Source: an uncultured Candidatus Saccharibacteria bacterium
Lineage (GTDB): Bacteria; Patescibacteriota; Minisyncoccia; RBG-13-40-8-A
Assembly: GCA_965231075.1 (NCBI GenBank)
Contig: OZ246412.1
Coordinates: forward strand, 321,587-385,586
DNA: 64,000 bases
Reading direction: 5' to 3'
Positions 27,135 to 35,546 of this stretch are shown in pieces. The notes under the pieces were generated by a model. It ran no database searches. It saw nothing but the letters and a program-made list of their open reading frames with translations, and was not told the origin of the DNA. Made by a program: the position numbers and the translations under genes. Every line of letters begins with the position of its first letter. The stretch's first letter is position 1.

Positions 27135-27512
27135 TTAATTTACTTCTGAATATTTATTGATCGCATCTTTTAATGCTTCAGTGACTAACTGAGCACAATG
27201 AATTTTAAGTGGAGGCAATGTCCCCAATTCAGTTGAGACATCCTGAAAACCTATATTTAGTGCTTGTTGCATTGTCTTTCCCTTCGCTAGTTGGCAAATC
27301 ATGTCTGAAGAAGCAATCGCCGAAGCACAACCCAAAGTTTCAAACTTAATCTCTTTTATTTTTTTAGTTTTTTTATCAATTTTCAAATATAAAGTTAATA
27401 AATCTCCGCAGCGGGGGTTGCCTGCTTTTCCAGTCACGTCTGGGTTATCGATTCTTCCAAAATATTTAGGATGCGTAAAATGCTCCATTATTTTTTTATT
27501 ATAAATTGCCAT
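27135..27512 (-). CDS. iscU: Fe-S cluster assembly scaffold (IscU/NifU N-terminal type)
   Basis: NPRCGD...GCASAIASS...HCAQL conserved Cys triad. Confidence 0.8.
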   Translation of the reverse strand: MAIYNKKIMEHFTHPKYFGRIDNPDVTGKAGNPRCGDLLTLYLKIDKKTKKIKEIKFETLGCASAIASSDMICQLAKGKTMQQALNIGFQDVSTELGTLPPLKIHCAQLVTEALKDAINKYSEVN

Positions 27513-27516
27513 AATT

Positions 27517-28707
27517 TTATCTGCCCGATATTTTTCTTAATTTTTCAATCACTTTTGGTAAAATTTTTACAAATTGATCTATTTCTGCGATAGTTGTATG
27601 CTTTCCCATGCTTATTCTAAGACTTGAGTGCGCATCTAATTCAATTAATCCCATGGCAATCAAAACATGTGATGGCAAGAGTGCCGTAGAAGTACAAGCC
27701 GAACCAGTTGAAACTGCGATTCCTTCTTGATCAAGGGCAATAACCAAACTTTCCCCCTCCACACCCAAAAAACTAAAATTAGCAATATTCGGTAATTGCT
27801 CTTCTGGCTTTCGAGAACCATTTAATTTACTTCCCTGTACATTGTTTAATACTCCTTTAACTAATCTATCTTTCAATTTTAACATCTCGGCAATCTCGGT
27901 TTTGGTGTGCTTAATTTGAGAGACCGCGGCACCCATGCCAACTATTCCGGCAACATTTTCTGTTCCTGCTCTTAATTTCCATTCCTGATCACCGCCAGAG
28001 ATTAATGGCATTATTGGCGTTCCTTCTTTAATATACAAAACCCCCACCCCCTTTGGTCCATAAATTTTATGGCCCGACAATGTAAGTAAGTGTACCCCCA
28101 AATTATCAACATCCAAATCCAACCAGTTAGCGGCCTGTACGGCATCAGTATGAAAATAGATTGGACGTTCTTCGACTTTATTAATCTCAGCAACCATCTT
28201 GCCGATTTTTTTAATCGATTGGATTGAACCAACTTCATTATTGGCATACATAATCGATATTAAATCAGTTTCTGGGACAATTTCTGCTTTTAAATCGTCT
28301 AAATTAATTAGTCCATCTGGACCTACCGGCAAATAAACAACTCTCACCCCCTCTTTTTCTAGTTCTTTAAAAACCTCTAAAACAGCCTTGTGTTCTATTT
28401 TTGTGGTGATTACATGGATTCTATCGCCAGCTTGTTTTTTGCGTCTAATGGCCTTAATTACGCCCCTAATAGCTAAATTGTCACTCTCTGATGCTGAGCC
28501 CGTAAAAATAACTTCTGTCGGTTTACAATTCAAAAATTTAGCCACTTTTTCTCTAGCGTCATCAATCGCTTCGCTTGCCTCTTGTCCGAATTTATGAATC
28601 GATGATGGGTTGCCATATTTGTTTTCCAAATACGGCATCATTTTCTTTAAAACAGAAGCGTCAAGAGGGGTTGTGGCGGCATAATCTAAATAGATTTTTT
28701 TGTTCAT
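27517..28707 (-). CDS. Cysteine desulfurase (NifS/IscS family)
   Basis: PLP-binding SGHKIYGPKGVGVLY and active-site loop SGSACTS. Confidence 0.8.
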   Translation of the reverse strand: MNKKIYLDYAATTPLDASVLKKMMPYLENKYGNPSSIHKFGQEASEAIDDAREKVAKFLNCKPTEVIFTGSASESDNLAIRGVIKAIRRKKQAGDRIHVITTKIEHKAVLEVFKELEKEGVRVVYLPVGPDGLINLDDLKAEIVPETDLISIMYANNEVGSIQSIKKIGKMVAEINKVEERPIYFHTDAVQAANWLDLDVDNLGVHLLTLSGHKIYGPKGVGVLYIKEGTPIMPLISGGDQEWKLRAGTENVAGIVGMGAAVSQIKHTKTEIAEMLKLKDRLVKGVLNNVQGSKLNGSRKPEEQLPNIANFSFLGVEGESLVIALDQEGIAVSTGSACTSTALLPSHVLIAMGLIELDAHSSLRISMGKHTTIAEIDQFVKILPKVIEKLRKISGR

Positions 28708-28711
28708 ATGT

Positions 28712-29623
28712 TTATATTACCAAAATTCCCAGGCCTAGACAAATTAACAAAATTGCTACAATTTTCTGTAAAATTAATTCTCGACTAAATTGCTCTTTAA
28801 GACTAGGAATTTTCTTGAATAATATTAAGGCTAAAATTAAAATAAATACATATTGTAATCCTTGTAGGGCATTAGTTAAAACCACACTCCCCAAAAATAC
28901 CGCACCATATAAAAACAAACTTCCCAAAACATTCAAAACTCTTCCTAACATAAAAAATTTAGTTGTTTTTGGTTTTGCCTCTTTGGTGTTAACCAAAATT
29001 TCTTTTCGGTTCTTTTTAGAGAACAATAGAAATAGAGCGACTATCGCCACTCCTACTCTTACCCAAACTACCCCACTAATGAAGTTTGTCCCCAAAAATA
29101 AGTATTTTGTAATTACCCAAAAAAGAGCAAACAAGAACGAAGAAAAAACCACTGGCCAAAAAACTCCTTTATCGAAGAATTCATTCTTTTTGACTCCAAC
29201 GATTAAACTTCCTAGTACCAGTAATACAAAAGCGACTAATTGGTTTGTGGTAAGAAATTCTTTAATCCAGAAAGAATTTAATATTAAAACAAAAACCGAG
29301 CTAATGCCACCAACAAAGGGCACTAATCGAGAGACCTCGACTCGATTCAAGGCCCTATAAAAGATGATCATTGCCCAAATCTGAGAAATTCCGGCAACGA
29401 TGCTCCAAAAAATTTCTGAACCATTGGGCATTATAAATCTATTATTGGGGATTACTAAACCCAAGGGTATAAGAACTAATGTTGTAATGCCCATAAATCC
29501 AACCCAAAAAGTATATACGGTTGGATGTGGCATTGGCTTAACCAAAATGTATTTATCTAAAATAAATACTAGAGCATAAAATAGATGCGCCAATACTAAA
29601 ATTAAAATCCAGGAGATTATCAT
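28712..29623 (-). CDS. 10-TM membrane transporter, DMT/EamA-like
   Basis: 303 aa, about 10 helices, duplicated halves; 4-nt overlap with the GH1 gene. Confidence 0.4.
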   Translation of the reverse strand: MIISWILILVLAHLFYALVFILDKYILVKPMPHPTVYTFWVGFMGITTLVLIPLGLVIPNNRFIMPNGSEIFWSIVAGISQIWAMIIFYRALNRVEVSRLVPFVGGISSVFVLILNSFWIKEFLTTNQLVAFVLLVLGSLIVGVKKNEFFDKGVFWPVVFSSFLFALFWVITKYLFLGTNFISGVVWVRVGVAIVALFLLFSKKNRKEILVNTKEAKPKTTKFFMLGRVLNVLGSLFLYGAVFLGSVVLTNALQGLQYVFILILALILFKKIPSLKEQFSRELILQKIVAILLICLGLGILVI

Positions 29624-30768
29624 ATATTTATTGTATTGTTTTTACAAATTTCAGAGTAAATTTTGCTACTTTCGCGTGGAATGCGTTTTAAATTGTTGTT
29701 GCGGTCTATTTCCATTAACCCAAACCTCGGCCAAAAACCTTTATCCCATTCAAAGTTGTCTAACAGAGACCAGTGAAAATATCCCTTGATATCAGCGCCA
29801 TTTTCTATTGCTTTATGAATCCATTTTAAGTGATCAATAATGAATTTTGCGCGTTTTTCATCTTTTGCGTCAGCCAATCCGTTTTCTGTGACATAAATTG
29901 GTCTATTGTATTTTTTTAGATCCATTAAAACATGGTAAATTCCTTCGGGCACAATTTTCCATCCCATATCTGTGAGTTGATTGTTTGTTGTGTTCTGCTT
30001 AATCCTTAAGTGGTTTATAGCAGAAAATAAACTATGCGTGAAATAATAATTTAAGCCAATAAAATCATAATAATTTTTAATTTTATTTAGAAACCAATGG
30101 TTGTAAGTGTAGTCACCAAAAATTCTTATAATCCCTTTAAGCCAAGTATTGTTTGTGACTAAACCCACCTTTGAATCTGGCGCAACTTTTTTTATAATTT
30201 CGAAAGATGACTTGTGGGCTTTGACTAATTGTCTTGCGACTTTTATTGTTTTAATAATGTTCTTGGTGAATGGGGGCCAAACACCTTGTAAATAACAATT
30301 TGGCGCATATATATTCGGCTCATTTAATGTAATCCAGAATTTTACCGAATCTTTATATTCTGAAACAATTTTTTCTGTAAATCTAGCAAAATATTCTGGC
30401 GCTTTTGGGTTTAACCAGCCTCCTTTTTCTGTAAACCATATTGGCAATGTCCAGTGATATAAACCTACGAACGGTTCCAGTCCGCGTTGTTTTAGGGCCA
30501 AAATTACTTTTCTATAATGAGCAATTTCATTTTGATCAAATTTTCCTTCTTCGGGTTCAATTCGAGCCCACTCGATTGAAAATCTGTGGGCATTATTATT
30601 CATCGATTTTGCTAAATCGAAATCTTCTTCAAATCGATTATAGTGATCACAGGCGGTTTCCGCATCATATCTATTTCCGGCGTTAGACCAGTCGTTTTTA
30701 ATTCCTCCTTCAACTTGATATGAAGCAGTTGCCGTTCCCCAATAGAATTTATCAGGAAATTTTAACAT
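29620..30768 (-). CDS. Glycoside hydrolase family 1 beta-glucosidase
   Basis: FYWGTATASYQVEGG N-terminus, ITLNEPN acid/base and YVTENG nucleophile motifs. Confidence 0.8.
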   Translation of the reverse strand: MLKFPDKFYWGTATASYQVEGGIKNDWSNAGNRYDAETACDHYNRFEEDFDLAKSMNNNAHRFSIEWARIEPEEGKFDQNEIAHYRKVILALKQRGLEPFVGLYHWTLPIWFTEKGGWLNPKAPEYFARFTEKIVSEYKDSVKFWITLNEPNIYAPNCYLQGVWPPFTKNIIKTIKVARQLVKAHKSSFEIIKKVAPDSKVGLVTNNTWLKGIIRIFGDYTYNHWFLNKIKNYYDFIGLNYYFTHSLFSAINHLRIKQNTTNNQLTDMGWKIVPEGIYHVLMDLKKYNRPIYVTENGLADAKDEKRAKFIIDHLKWIHKAIENGADIKGYFHWSLLDNFEWDKGFWPRFGLMEIDRNNNLKRIPRESSKIYSEICKNNTINI

Positions 30769-31928
30769 TATTGTATGATCAAAATATTATTATAGTTCTC
30801 AGTTAAAACTGTCTCGGCTTTTTGGTTTTTAATATTCAACCTAATAATTTTAAACATATTCACTACATCACTATCTGATTTTTCAAGAAAATATAAATAA
30901 TTACTAGAATCTTCGTACCCTAACTGACTAATATAGCTTCCGGAATATAATTTTGTGTCTGTCTCTTTATATAGGTCAATTAAATGAATTGTTTCTTTCA
31001 CATTTTGACCACTAATCGTTTCTTGTTCTGTATAAAAAAATTCTTTTTCACTATCAGACCAAATTTTATCACTAATCCTGTCGGTGGTTAAAATTGGTTT
31101 GTATTCTTTGGTTTCGAAACTTCCTAAATATAATTCGGTAATTTCCTTTTCGTTCTTTTTGCTGTAAATTTCATATAGGAATAACTTTCCACTCGGTGAA
31201 AATTCTATGTTTTGACAATAAACCATACCCTCCCCACACCCCTTTGGTTCAATATATTCTATTTGCTTGGTTTGAACGTTTATTCTGCCCAGGGTCTTGT
31301 TGTTAACATCAAAAATTCCTTGGAAATAAATATAATCACCATCCCAACGTTTTAGTAAAACAACATTCTCTTCGAGGCTGAGCAAAAGTCTTGCATTTTC
31401 TCCGTCAACACGACTGATCCACAATTCTCTTTTTTCCCTGCTTTGTTCAATCTCTTCGTAGGTTGAACCCTGAACTTCTTTTATCCAGGCGATATTGTTG
31501 CTATCAGATGAAAAAACCATTGAAGTAGAATCGATTGGTTGTTCAATTTTTTTCTCTTTTCCGGTTTTTAAATTAACTAAAATTAAATCATAAAAAATCC
31601 TACTAGCAACCATGTTGTCTCCGAAATTTTCAATAATTTCTTCTTTATCCTTCTTTAAATAGATTAATTGTCGATTATCGTTCGAAATAAAAGATCTTTT
31701 TGGTGGCTTATATTTATTCAAATCAATTTCTTGGGCGTCGACAGTAATCACTTTTTCTCCTTCGCCACTACCATTTAATAGGAATAGGTCTGCTTTGTTT
31801 TTGTTTAAACGATAATAAAAAACCCCCGCACCTAATTGGGGAGCAAAAATTTTCCAGGCCAAAATGCCTAGAATAATACCTATTAATACAGCGATTAAAA
31901 CAAAGAAAGTTGTACGCTTCCTCTCCAT
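30768..31928 (-). CDS. Membrane-anchored protein, likely beta-propeller (TolB/PD40-like)
   Basis: N-terminal TM helix plus a repetitive beta-rich body. Confidence 0.4.
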   Translation of the reverse strand: MERKRTTFFVLIAVLIGIILGILAWKIFAPQLGAGVFYYRLNKNKADLFLLNGSGEGEKVITVDAQEIDLNKYKPPKRSFISNDNRQLIYLKKDKEEIIENFGDNMVASRIFYDLILVNLKTGKEKKIEQPIDSTSMVFSSDSNNIAWIKEVQGSTYEEIEQSREKRELWISRVDGENARLLLSLEENVVLLKRWDGDYIYFQGIFDVNNKTLGRINVQTKQIEYIEPKGCGEGMVYCQNIEFSPSGKLFLYEIYSKKNEKEITELYLGSFETKEYKPILTTDRISDKIWSDSEKEFFYTEQETISGQNVKETIHLIDLYKETDTKLYSGSYISQLGYEDSSNYLYFLEKSDSDVVNMFKIIRLNIKNQKAETVLTENYNNILIIQ

Positions 31929-31987
31929 ATAAAATATATCCTATCACAATTTTAATCCCTGATCAATAAGTTATCCCCATGTTTCGT

Positions 31988-32015
31988 TTGACTTTCTCAT
32001 AAATTTTGTTACACT
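31988..32015 (+). promoter_or_regulatory. Candidate promoter TTGACT-N16-TACACT for the GC-rich non-coding island
   Basis: 31988-31993 TTGACT, 32010-32015 TACACT. Confidence 0.35.
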
Positions 32016-32019
32016 TAAA

Positions 32020-32476
32020 TTAGCGGTCCGATGGAGGAGGTGATCCAAGCATCTGACTTCGGTCCGATCCCACTGAAAGGAGAGTTATGACAATTTGATT
32101 GTCTAAGGTCGAGGCATTCGGTAAAATCCCACTGACCGGCCAAAGGAAGAGAGGAGGATACTGTTTGCTTGCGTAGGTGTACCTTCAAAGACATCGCCCT
32201 AATATAGGGGCACCGAGGATTGGTCTTAGGACCTCCGGACAATAGTCCCAGTGTATCGCGTTTCTTCGGAAATGCGAATGACTAGAGGATGAGTCCCCTC
32301 GAACAAAAGAGGCAATTGCCTAACGTTCACTTTTGCGTGCCGTGTGCACTGCATAAAGTACTCAAGAACCGTTAGGGTTCGCCTTACCTCCGGGTAAAAA
32401 TTAAAACCCGACAGGTCGCACCATAGGGGCCAAAAAAACAGGGCTTCTCCCGGCGGGAGAAGCCCTTTATTATTTT
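32020..32476 (+). ncRNA. Candidate structured ncRNA of unknown class (about 450 nt, GC-rich, no ORF longer than 75 aa)
   Basis: GC is far above the local background, as for rRNA and tRNA in this genome. UUCG-loop hairpins on the plus strand (GAC-UUCG-GUC; CGCGUUUC-UUCG-GAAAUGCG). Internal repeat AUCCCACUGA..GG..AAAGGA. Ends in a strong bidirectional terminator GGGCTTCTCCCG-GCG-GGAGAAGCCC (32441-32465). Begins with GGAGGAGGTGATCCAAGC. Confidence 0.4.
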
Positions 32477-32493
32477 AAAATTAGTATTTTATA

Positions 32494-33762
32494 TTATTTC
32501 CACGGACCCCAAAAATAATTTTTTTTACCCTTACGAATAATAACAAGGTCGTGTAGCCTGTCTTTTTTTGTTAAAACCATTCCCGTGTCGTTAACAAGAT
32601 TACCGTTTATAGTTACTGAATTGCTCAAAATAAACTCTTTCGCCTCCCTTTTAGATTCGACGACTTTGGCATCAACCAAAAGGTCAATCGGTTGAATACT
32701 TTCTTTGTTTTTATCAATTTCGAAATGAAATGGGCTACTAAACGCATTATAGGTATCTTTTTTTGAAAGCTTTTTAATGTCTCCCCCAAACAGAACATTG
32801 GTAATCTCCTCTGCCTTTTTTAGTTCTTTTTCTCCGTGAATCATTTTGGTTAATTCTCGGGCCAAAACCTTTTGCGCAACTCGATTTTGAGGATTCTTTG
32901 CTACTTCTTCGGTTTCTAATCTTGAGATCTCTTCGTTTGATAAAAACGTAAAATATTTTATAAAATTAATCACTTCTTTGTCGTCGACATTGATCCAGAA
33001 TTGATAAAATTGGTACGGGCTAGTTTTTTTGGCATCAAGCCAGATTGCCCCAGTTTCAGTTTTCCCAAACTTAGAACCATCAGACTTGGTAATCAGGGGA
33101 ATGGTTAGTGCGAACACCTCTTTTTGTTCTGTTTTACGAATTAAATCAATTCCCGCCGTAATATTTCCCCACTGATCACTTCCACCAATTTGGAGTTCAC
33201 AATTGTATTTTTTATAAAGATTCAAAAAGTCATACGACTGCAAAAGCATATAACTAAACTCTGTAAAAGAAATTCCCGTCTCAATTCGTGACTTAATCGA
33301 TTCCTTGGCCAACATTGCACCAATTGAAAAATGTTTACCAACATCACGAATAAAATCAATCATTTTAACTTCGCCCAGCCAATCAATATTGCCAACAACT
33401 TTTGTTCTTCTGCCATCAAATGACATTGTATTTTCTATCTGCTTTTTAATCTCTTTTGACCAGGTGTCTACTGTTTTTTTGGAATTTAAGACTCTTTCTG
33501 ATTTTTTTCCGCTCGGATCACCAATTAAGCTTGTGCCGTTACCTAAAAGCACAATTGGTTGATGACCAGCCATTTGAAATCGTTTTAATGTCAATAGTGG
33601 CAAAAGATTCCCAACATGCAAACTGTCTGCGGTTACATCAAAACCACAATACAAAACACACGACTTTTCCAATCGTTTTCTTAAAACATCAATATCGGTA
33701 GTTTGATTTAATAATCCCCTAAATTTTAAATCTTCTAATATATGCATGATTTTATTATACAA
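32494..33762 (-). CDS. tyrS: Tyrosyl-tRNA synthetase
   Basis: LYCGFDVTADSLHVGNLLPL (HIGH region), KFGKT (KMSKS), C-terminal S4 domain. Confidence 0.85.
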   Translation of the reverse strand: MYNKIMHILEDLKFRGLLNQTTDIDVLRKRLEKSCVLYCGFDVTADSLHVGNLLPLLTLKRFQMAGHQPIVLLGNGTSLIGDPSGKKSERVLNSKKTVDTWSKEIKKQIENTMSFDGRRTKVVGNIDWLGEVKMIDFIRDVGKHFSIGAMLAKESIKSRIETGISFTEFSYMLLQSYDFLNLYKKYNCELQIGGSDQWGNITAGIDLIRKTEQKEVFALTIPLITKSDGSKFGKTETGAIWLDAKKTSPYQFYQFWINVDDKEVINFIKYFTFLSNEEISRLETEEVAKNPQNRVAQKVLARELTKMIHGEKELKKAEEITNVLFGGDIKKLSKKDTYNAFSSPFHFEIDKNKESIQPIDLLVDAKVVESKREAKEFILSNSVTINGNLVNDTGMVLTKKDRLHDLVIIRKGKKNYFWGPWK

Positions 33763-33767
33763 TTCTG

Positions 33768-33838
33768 CTGCGGGACCTGGATTCGAACCAAGATCGACTC
33801 CTTCAAAGGGAGCTGTCCTACCATTAGACGATCCCGCA
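33768..33838 (-). tRNA. tRNA-Gln (anticodon UUG), U1:A72, no encoded CCA
   Basis: TGCGGGATCGTCTAATGGTAGGACAGCTCCCTTTGAAGGAGTCGATCTTGGTTCGAATCCAGGTCCCGCAG. Confidence 0.8.
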
Positions 33839-33842
33839 ATAT

Positions 33843-34958
33843 TTACCTTTCACAGATTTCTACTACCGCTAATTCCATATTGATTTGCTGGAAAGATGAA
33901 CGTTTCATATCATACAACGTCTGAATTAAAATTTCAATGGTTTTGGACAGTTCCTGCAAAGAAAATTGTTCAGCTTGTTTTGTCGCTGTGCCTAATTGTT
34001 CGGCACTCAATTCTTCTTTGATTAATTTTGACAAATCATTGCTCACTCTTAATAGCATCAGTTTCCTAAAATAATTTATCAAAGATTCCATAAATTGTAC
34101 TAAATCATAACCTTGATTTACAAACTTATCAACAAACGACAATGCCTCTTTGGAGTCTTTTTTGGCTAAAATTTCTACAAGTTTAATCGCCAGATTAATA
34201 TCTACAATTCCCAAAATATGTTCGATATCCTCAATCGTAATTTCTTTGTCTCCGGAAAACGCAATCGCCTGCCCCAACATGCTTTCGGCATCTCTCATAA
34301 ATCCTTCTGAATTTAAGGCGATGATTCTTAATGCTTTATCGCTAATTTTAACCTGCTCTTTTTTGGCAACAATTTCCAGTTTTTTAATTACGTCTGCTAA
34401 GGAAAGCTTTTTAAAATCAAACCTCTGTACACGCGATAGAATCGTTGGTAACATCTTGTGCGCCTCAGTTGTAGCTAAAATGAAAATTGCATGCGCTGGG
34501 GGCTCTTCTAGGGTCTTTAGAAGCGCATTAAACGCTTCCTTGGTTAGTTGATGAGCTTCATCAATCACAAACACCTTATACTTGCTATGTGTTGGCGCAA
34601 ATCTAATTCTTTCACGCAATTCCCTAATCTCATCAATCCCGCGGTTAGAAGCAGCATCAATTTCAATTAAATCCATAGCTCGATTTTCTATGATTTCTAC
34701 GCAGGATTCACATTTATTGCAAGGCTCATAACTAGAAGTGTCTGTACAGTTTACGGCCTTAGCCAAAAGACGAGCAATAGTTGTTTTTCCTGTACCGCGT
34801 GGACCCGCAAATAAATAAGCGTGCGCAATTTTATTATTATTAATTGCGTTAATTAAGGTTTTCACGACGTGTTCTTGTCCGACAACGTCAGAAAATTTTT
34901 GCGGTCGATATTTACGATAGATTGCTAGGTTGTTCTCCATTTTTTTCTTTAAACACAA
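33843..34958 (-). CDS. dnaX: DNA polymerase III gamma/tau subunit, short form
   Basis: AYLFAGPRGTGKTTIARLLAKAVNC P-loop plus zinc module CTDTSSYEPCNKCESC. Confidence 0.8.
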   Translation of the reverse strand: MCLKKKMENNLAIYRKYRPQKFSDVVGQEHVVKTLINAINNNKIAHAYLFAGPRGTGKTTIARLLAKAVNCTDTSSYEPCNKCESCVEIIENRAMDLIEIDAASNRGIDEIRELRERIRFAPTHSKYKVFVIDEAHQLTKEAFNALLKTLEEPPAHAIFILATTEAHKMLPTILSRVQRFDFKKLSLADVIKKLEIVAKKEQVKISDKALRIIALNSEGFMRDAESMLGQAIAFSGDKEITIEDIEHILGIVDINLAIKLVEILAKKDSKEALSFVDKFVNQGYDLVQFMESLINYFRKLMLLRVSNDLSKLIKEELSAEQLGTATKQAEQFSLQELSKTIEILIQTLYDMKRSSFQQINMELAVVEICER

Positions 34959-35535
34959 TCAATTTATAACCAATAAAGTTCCATGCTAACGATATCACAG
35001 TTGCTATAATTTTTACAACATTTATCCATGCGCTCTGATTTAGATTAAACATCGGATTAACCAAGCTACTTAGAGCGTAAACAATACCAGTGTTGATAAA
35101 TACTCCAATTATACTAACTATTAAAAATTGGATGAATTGGGTAGCGCTGTTGGTTTTGTCACCGGATTTAAATGTCCAAAATTTATTCCAAAAATAACTA
35201 TGTGTTACAGCAATCAGAAACGAAATCGTATTAAACAATACAATTGTTTTTCCGTTGTTTATTCCACTAGACCACATTAATAGATTTAATACGCCAAAAT
35301 CAACAGCGGTGTTGGCCAAACCGACGATGGCATATTTAGCAAGTTGAAAAATAATTGATATCTTCTTGCCGACTAAATATGCAATATAAATTCCGGTTAT
35401 CGCCAAAATTGGCAATACCACAAACAAAATTCCTAGCGGGAAAAAATTAAATTGCAATGATTTCAAAATAAAAAACAAAAACAGCGCAATAATTTCACTT
35501 AAAACAAAAACCACGATCAAGTCTTTTTTTTTCAT
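34912..35535 (-). CDS. GtrA-family membrane protein
   Basis: KYAIVGLANTAVDFGVLNLL and WNFIGYKLIVFK family motifs. Confidence 0.6.
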   Translation of the reverse strand: MKKKDLIVVFVLSEIIALFLFFILKSLQFNFFPLGILFVVLPILAITGIYIAYLVGKKISIIFQLAKYAIVGLANTAVDFGVLNLLMWSSGINNGKTIVLFNTISFLIAVTHSYFWNKFWTFKSGDKTNSATQFIQFLIVSIIGVFINTGIVYALSSLVNPMFNLNQSAWINVVKIIATVISLAWNFIGYKLIVFKEKNGEQPSNLS

Positions 35536-35546
35536 AAAGTTTGTTT

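Noticed and set aside
32015-32242. 75-aa minus-strand ORF inside the GC-rich island
   Set aside because: No SD or promoter. The island shows RNA-like hairpins and no longer frame; it is treated as non-coding (possibly a pseudogene).
31988-32476. Identification of the GC-rich island as RNase P RNA, tmRNA or SRP RNA
   Set aside because: I looked on both strands for P4/CR-I (GGAAAGUCCGG, ACAGAA), the tmRNA tRNA-like end (GGUUCGAAUCC...CCA) and a tag reading frame, and for the SRP domain IV motif. None was found. The class is left open.
33763-33842. T-box leader upstream of tyrS
   Set aside because: The only upstream element is tRNA-Gln, 4 nt from the start codon. There is no room for a T-box.
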